Origin: Nitrospinota bacterium
GTDB lineage: Bacteria > UBA8248
Length of the DNA stretch: 54,845 bases
Direction of reading: 5' to 3'
Assembly: GCA_030754595.1 (NCBI GenBank)
Contig: JASLZZ010000094.1
Span: forward strand, 1-54,845
Shown: piece by piece, positions 49,675-54,845 of the stretch
How positions within the stretch are numbered: the stretch's first letter is position 1
Layout: the number at the start of each line of letters is the position of its first letter
Position numbers and translations under genes: made by a program
Notes under the pieces: generated by a model
The model's input: only the letters and a program-made list of their open reading frames with translations
What the model was told of the DNA's origin: nothing
The model's database searches: none

Positions 49675-51267
49675 ATGTTCGACTTCCTTTTTCGCAAAGC
49701 GCTTGTATACGACGGAAGCGGCGCGGATCCCTATATCGGGGACTTGGCGGTCGAGGGGGATATCATCGCCGAGGTCGCTCCGGTGGGCGCTCAAAACGCA
49801 CGCCGCGTTATCGACGCCGAAGGCCTGGCCCTGTCCCCCGGCTTTATCGATATCCACGGCCACTCCGATTATTACCTCTTGATGAACCCCACTGCCCAGG
49901 CCAAGGTTCGTCAGGGGGTGACGACCGATGTCGGCGGAAATTGCGGTTATGCCGCCGCTCCTATCGGCGGGGTCGAGCTCGAAGAGCGCCGCTCGTATTA
50001 CCGCGATCAGTTCGGCCTGGAAATCCCCTTTTCGCGGCTTGACGAATACCTTAGCCATGTCGAGGACATCGGCGTGTCGGTGAACTACGCCCCGCTGATC
50101 GGACACAATACCGTCCGCGCCACCGTCATGGGGGGAAGCGAGCGACCCGCGGGGCCGGACGACCTCGACCGGATGGATCGCCTGGTCGACGAGGGAATGC
50201 GGGAGGGCGCGTTCGGTCTTTCAACCGGCCTGGTTTACGCCCCTGCCTGTTTCGCCGATCGCTCGGAGTTGACGGCTCTCTGCCGGACTTCCTCGCGGCA
50301 TGGCGGTTTGCTCGCGACCCACATGAGGAGCGAGGGCGCACAACTCTTGGAGGCGATAGAAGAGGTTATCGAAATTGCCCGGGACGCAGCGCTTCCCCTT
50401 CAAATCAGCCACCTTAAAGCCGCGGGAGAGAAAAATTGGGATAAACTGGATGCGGCATTCGAGTTGATCGAGGGGGCCAGGTCATCGGGCCAGGACGTCA
50501 CCTGCGACCGCTATCCGTATATCGCCTCAAATACCCATCTGAGTGCCCTGCTGCCCGATTGGGTCCATAATGGCCAGCTGGAGGAGAAATTGGCCCGGCT
50601 CCGCGACCCTGCGATTCGGGGCCGGATTCGATCCGAATTAATGGAAACTTATTCGGCTCGGGATTATTGGGATCGCGTTTTGATTAGCCGGGTCCATACG
50701 GAGAAAAACCGTTTTTGCGAGGGGCTCACCGTGGCGGGATTCGCCGAGAAAAGAGGAGTCGATTCACCGGAAGCCATGATGGATCTCCTTGCGGAAGAAA
50801 AGCTGTCCGTTGAAATCCTCATCTTCATGATGAACGAGGAAAACATGCGCCGGGTTTTGAAGAAGCCCTATGTTATGGTCGGCTCGGATTCCGCCGCTTT
50901 AACCCATGACCCCCCTTTGGGTTCGGGGAGGCCCCATCCCAGGAATTTCGGTACGTTTCCCGCCGTGCTGGGGAATCTGGCGAGAGACGAAGGTCTGATT
51001 TCTTTCTCGGAAGCGATACGAAAGATGACCTCCGCTCCCTGCGATCGGCTGGGGATAACCAACCGCGGAAGGTTGGCGGCCGGAATGAAGGCCGATCTCG
51101 TCCTTTTCGACCCGGAGCGGATTTTGGATACTGCGACTTATGATGAACCCGTTTCCTACCCCGCCGGAATACGGATGGTTCTCGTGAACGGTGAGGTTGT
51201 CGTCGAGGACGGAGAGCACACAGGAGCCCGCCCCGGCCGGGCGCTCCGCAAATGGGATTCAAAATAA
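49675..51267 (+). CDS. N-acyl-D-amino-acid deacylase
   Basis: PGFIDIHGHSD, GNCG, GLSTGL.Y, HMRSE, PHPRNFGTF. Confidence 0.9.
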   Translation: MFDFLFRKALVYDGSGADPYIGDLAVEGDIIAEVAPVGAQNARRVIDAEGLALSPGFIDIHGHSDYYLLMNPTAQAKVRQGVTTDVGGNCGYAAAPIGGVELEERRSYYRDQFGLEIPFSRLDEYLSHVEDIGVSVNYAPLIGHNTVRATVMGGSERPAGPDDLDRMDRLVDEGMREGAFGLSTGLVYAPACFADRSELTALCRTSSRHGGLLATHMRSEGAQLLEAIEEVIEIARDAALPLQISHLKAAGEKNWDKLDAAFELIEGARSSGQDVTCDRYPYIASNTHLSALLPDWVHNGQLEEKLARLRDPAIRGRIRSELMETYSARDYWDRVLISRVHTEKNRFCEGLTVAGFAEKRGVDSPEAMMDLLAEEKLSVEILIFMMNEENMRRVLKKPYVMVGSDSAALTHDPPLGSGRPHPRNFGTFPAVLGNLARDEGLISFSEAIRKMTSAPCDRLGITNRGRLAAGMKADLVLFDPERILDTATYDEPVSYPAGIRMVLVNGEVVVEDGEHTGARPGRALRKWDSK

Positions 51268-54200
51268 TGGGCCTTTATTCCTCTCTATCTTTGGTTGGCG
51301 CGATGGCGGTTAGTGCGCTCATCGCCATCTGGTTGTTCTACAAGCGCTCGCACAGGGATGATTTTCCCGAGGAAACCTGGGATCCGTACTTTGACAAAAA
51401 TGAGACCGGCGGCAAAGGGGAGCCCGAAAGAGAGATCGATGATATCTCCGAGGAGGCCGACGAGGCGGGCTTGGAACCAGCCGGCGAGGAACTGGTCGCT
51501 CCGGTTTCCACTGCGTTGGCCGATCGGATTCAGGGGCTCAGTGAGGGGCCGCCCTCTCCGGAAGAGAACGCCGACCCCGTCTATGAATTCGGAGATAGCG
51601 CGAACCCTGTTCCTGAATTTGATCTTGGTCTGGATGATCAGGTGGAACAGATTGGCGGTGACCCTGTTTCTCCGAAAATTATCGAAACGGCCGATCTCCC
51701 CTTCGCTCCCGATGAGGCGGAGGGCGATTCCCCCGCAGCTGGGAGCCCGATTCAAACACCGGCTTATTCACGAAGCGAACCGCCGGGTTTTGGCGGCCAG
51801 CCGGGTTTAAGTGGAGAGACCGCCACCGCTCCTCCGGGCGCCCCGTGGTGGGAGGGGCTTCCTGCCCCCAAGGATGTTTTTTTCCGGAGAGGTGTGGCGG
51901 AACTGATGGGGGTGACTGTCATCGATCCCCCCCCGCGGGCCGAGGCGGGCCCCGGGGAGGCTTCGGTTCCCGAGGCCTCTATTCTAGAAGCTCCGGCTCC
52001 CGGGGCCTCAACTCTAGAGGCTCCGGAGACCATCGGTGTGCCAGCCGATACGGCGGCGGGCTCCGTTGCCCCGGACGAGGCGGGTGAAGCCGTGGAGCCG
52101 CCCGCCTCGGAATTTGCCGGGGCGTCTCCCTTCGGGGAGGAAGAATCGGAAACGCCGCTTTCCCTTGAGGAAGAAGTCTTCGAGGAAGATGAATCCTCCG
52201 GCGAGGGGCTCGCCCCGGAGGAGCCGGTTTCTTTGTCTGACGAATCAGCTCCCGCCCCTGAAATTCCGGCGGCGGATGAGAGCGATGATTCTTCTTTCTC
52301 CTTGGAGTCTATCTCCCTGAGCGATGAGCCGGACGAAGCCCCCGTGATGTACGAGCCCGAAGGCGAATCCGCTTCCGCCCCGGCGGAGGATGAGGAAATC
52401 TCGCTTTCATCCCCCGCCGACAGCGAATCCTCCGAAGCGATAGACAACTTTCTTTCGCAAGCGGAACCGCCTTCCTCCGCGTCGGCCGGCCTCGTGGAAG
52501 ATGAGATTGAACCAGCACCGGAGGCCGATGGGGAAATATCTCCCGAACCGGAAGATGAAAGTTATTCGGACTTGGGGGAGTCCGAGGAAATGCCCATGGC
52601 TTTCGATCTCGATGCCGGGGGACCGGATTTCATCGAATCCGATGAACCGGTGCAAGAGCTTCCCGATGGCCTCGAAGACGGAAAATTCGAATCCAGGGAG
52701 CCGGAGGAATTTTCTGAGACTCCCACCGGAGCGGAAGAGGAATCGCCCTCCGGGCCGGGGGAGGAAGCCCCCCCCGCCGGCCTGACGGAAAAAATACCCG
52801 AAGATCCCGCCGAGGCGACCCTTGATTCTTCAGAGCTTGAAGAAGAAACGGAGCTTGAAGAAGAGCCCGCCGAGGCAACCCTCGATCCGGGGGAGTTCGA
52901 AGAGGAACCCGGGGGCGCAGACGGCGAACCCACCGAACCCGAAGAGATATCAGCGGGGGCGGTTCTCGATCCGCTGGAGATGGAGGAAGAGTCCCCTGAG
53001 CGGGCAATCGATTTGGAATCGTTTGGGCCCGAGGCGGAGGAGCCCGCCCCGGAGGAGCCCGCCTTCGCTCAGCCAGAGGAAGCGCCCCCGGATGAAGCCC
53101 TGCCCGCCGCCGAGGTGGAGGAGCCCGCCCCGGCGCCCGCCCCGGAGGAGTCCCTTGATGTTTTCTCCGTTCTCGAGCAAGAGCGCGCCGAAACCCCGAA
53201 GGCCATGCCACAGGAATCCATTGGAAACGCGGCCCTTTTTGAGGATTTTGGTGACGAGAGAGTGGAGCCGGCGGCGCCGGAGCCCCTTGCCGCCGAGCGG
53301 GCCGCCGAGCGGGCTGGGGCTGGAGCCGATTCCGAAGAGGCCTTCAGTGAAGAATTGGTTTCGGAGGAAATCGCGGCCCAACACGGAGAAACCGGAGCGG
53401 AGGCCCCCTGGGAGGAGAAGCTGCCTGTTGAAGAAGCGCTGGAACCGGCCGCTCCCTCCGAACCGGCCCCGCCACCTATCCCTCTTTCGGGTGAGTCGAT
53501 GCCCGATATGGTGCGGAATTTTGTCGCCGACTGTTGTCCCGACGAACTTCTGCTGATTGAAGAAGAGTGGGATACCCTTCCGGCTGGCATCGATAAAATC
53601 GCCGCCGCCGGTTGGAGGGATATACAGGAGCGTTTGGAATCGCGCCAGGAAGTCGGGGAGGAGGAATTTCTTCGAATCGGCATACTCGAGTATTTGATGG
53701 GCGATCATGATGCGGCTTTGGCTCACCTGAAAGAATCGCTTCGGCGGGCAAAGCGTATGGCCCCGGTTTTAAATGCGCTTGGCGTAACCAGCTTTGGACA
53801 GGGGAAAATCGACCCGGCGATTTCTTACTGCCGGGAAGCGGTACGGGAGGCGGGACCGGACTTGCGGTTGCTGGTTGCCATAAATCGAAATTTGGCGGTC
53901 CTCTACCAATCCAAGGGTGAATTCGGGCGCGCGGCCGAGGCGACCGCTTCCGCTATCAAATTCGTGGGCCCCGAGGGCAGCCCTCGGTTGCTGGCGAACC
54001 TTCATCTCCGGGCGGGGCAGTTGTTCCGGAAACTCGGGGACGCCGAAGCCGCCAAGCATCATCTTTCCGAGTCGGCGCATCTGTTCCTTCGCGAGGGAGA
54101 CGATGCCGCGCGAATCAGGTCGCTTGTGGCGCTCGCCGCCGCGCAGACGGGTTTAAACGAGGTTGACGCGGCGCTCAAGAATCTAAACGAGGCGGCCTTT

Positions 54201-54644
54201 ATGTGCCGGAGGGTGGGCGACAAGAACGGAGAAGCCCTGGTGATGGGGCAGATGGGAATCGCCTATTCCGCCCAGGAGCAATACACCAGGGCGCTTGAAT
54301 ATTACGAGAATGCCATTTCCCTCAACAAGGAACTTGAAAATCGCAAGGGAGAAGGGGCCAATCTCAGCAACATCGGGAACATTCATTATTTCAGGGGCGA
54401 TCTCGACGAGGCGCTTTCCGCCTACGAGGAGGCGCTCGTGATCAATAAAGAGCAGGAACATCTCATCGGACAGGCGACGATTATGGGGAACCTGGGAAGA
54501 ATTTATCTCGAGCAGGGCAGGGTGAACGAGGCGATCGAGCGGCTGAACGAGTCTCTGGAAATATTCAGGCCTTTTGCTGCTGCAAGCCAGATTGAAAATA
54601 TCCGGAAAATGCTTGACGAAGCGGTTCGCTCCCGCGATCAATAA
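51267..54644 (+). CDS. Membrane-anchored protein with long acidic Glu/Pro-rich linker and C-terminal TPRs
   Basis: N-terminal TM; about 700 aa E/P/A-rich; repeats such as GEGANLSNIGNIHYFRGDLDEAL. Confidence 0.85.
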   Translation: MGLYSSLSLVGAMAVSALIAIWLFYKRSHRDDFPEETWDPYFDKNETGGKGEPEREIDDISEEADEAGLEPAGEELVAPVSTALADRIQGLSEGPPSPEENADPVYEFGDSANPVPEFDLGLDDQVEQIGGDPVSPKIIETADLPFAPDEAEGDSPAAGSPIQTPAYSRSEPPGFGGQPGLSGETATAPPGAPWWEGLPAPKDVFFRRGVAELMGVTVIDPPPRAEAGPGEASVPEASILEAPAPGASTLEAPETIGVPADTAAGSVAPDEAGEAVEPPASEFAGASPFGEEESETPLSLEEEVFEEDESSGEGLAPEEPVSLSDESAPAPEIPAADESDDSSFSLESISLSDEPDEAPVMYEPEGESASAPAEDEEISLSSPADSESSEAIDNFLSQAEPPSSASAGLVEDEIEPAPEADGEISPEPEDESYSDLGESEEMPMAFDLDAGGPDFIESDEPVQELPDGLEDGKFESREPEEFSETPTGAEEESPSGPGEEAPPAGLTEKIPEDPAEATLDSSELEEETELEEEPAEATLDPGEFEEEPGGADGEPTEPEEISAGAVLDPLEMEEESPERAIDLESFGPEAEEPAPEEPAFAQPEEAPPDEALPAAEVEEPAPAPAPEESLDVFSVLEQERAETPKAMPQESIGNAALFEDFGDERVEPAAPEPLAAERAAERAGAGADSEEAFSEELVSEEIAAQHGETGAEAPWEEKLPVEEALEPAAPSEPAPPPIPLSGESMPDMVRNFVADCCPDELLLIEEEWDTLPAGIDKIAAAGWRDIQERLESRQEVGEEEFLRIGILEYLMGDHDAALAHLKESLRRAKRMAPVLNALGVTSFGQGKIDPAISYCREAVREAGPDLRLLVAINRNLAVLYQSKGEFGRAAEATASAIKFVGPEGSPRLLANLHLRAGQLFRKLGDAEAAKHHLSESAHLFLREGDDAARIRSLVALAAAQTGLNEVDAALKNLNEAAFMCRRVGDKNGEALVMGQMGIAYSAQEQYTRALEYYENAISLNKELENRKGEGANLSNIGNIHYFRGDLDEALSAYEEALVINKEQEHLIGQATIMGNLGRIYLEQGRVNEAIERLNESLEIFRPFAAASQIENIRKMLDEAVRSRDQ

Positions 54645-54691
54645 TTGGCCGCTACGAATTTTTTTTTGTTTTCCGCCGTTTGTTTTGTCTA

Positions 54692-54845
54692 GAACCTATC
54701 CCAGAACCTGTTTTTCCGCCCTATAATTACGCCATGTACCGCCCACGAAGAAGGAGCGGAGCACGTGGCATGGCATGGAGTGACCGACGCGCAATGGGAA
54801 GAGATTCGGGTCCACCTGCCCAGGGCGAAGTGCAGCCCGCAGGGA
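54692..54845 (+). mobile_element. Left end of IS5-family insertion sequence, truncated by window
   Basis: CTA|GAACCTATCCCAGAA candidate end; GTG 54765 gives MAWHGVTDAQWEEIRVHLPRAK, matching the TDxQW..I...LP N-terminus of IS5 transposases. Confidence 0.7.

Overview
GC-rich bacterial chromosomal window, mostly housekeeping and metabolic genes: trxB, nuoI, pncB, a DHH phosphoesterase, the atp b'-b-delta-alpha-gamma-beta-epsilon operon, a CoA transferase pair, mreB, fbp/fba, bioD, nagA-like and D-aminoacylase genes, and the start of an IS5-family element at the right edge. The standout is 1032-4407, which the ORF track breaks into fragments. Read by hand it is a MerR-regulated, mer-like heavy-metal locus where five genes carry seven in-frame UGA codons, each at a position where Cys is expected. 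Nearly all are followed by a bacterial SECIS-like hairpin. The genes are two MerT-like paralogues (U-C and tandem U-U in place of C-C, with NPC-repeat tails), a UxxC glutaredoxin, a CxxU zinc-ribbon protein, MerR, a MerT-HMA fusion with GMS-U-PFT-U, and MerE. No merA or merB is present in the window. A separate GrdB/PrdB-like UxxC gene at 27823-28626 supports selenocysteine use by this organism. All calls come from manual reading and motif recall; no searches or folding programs were run.
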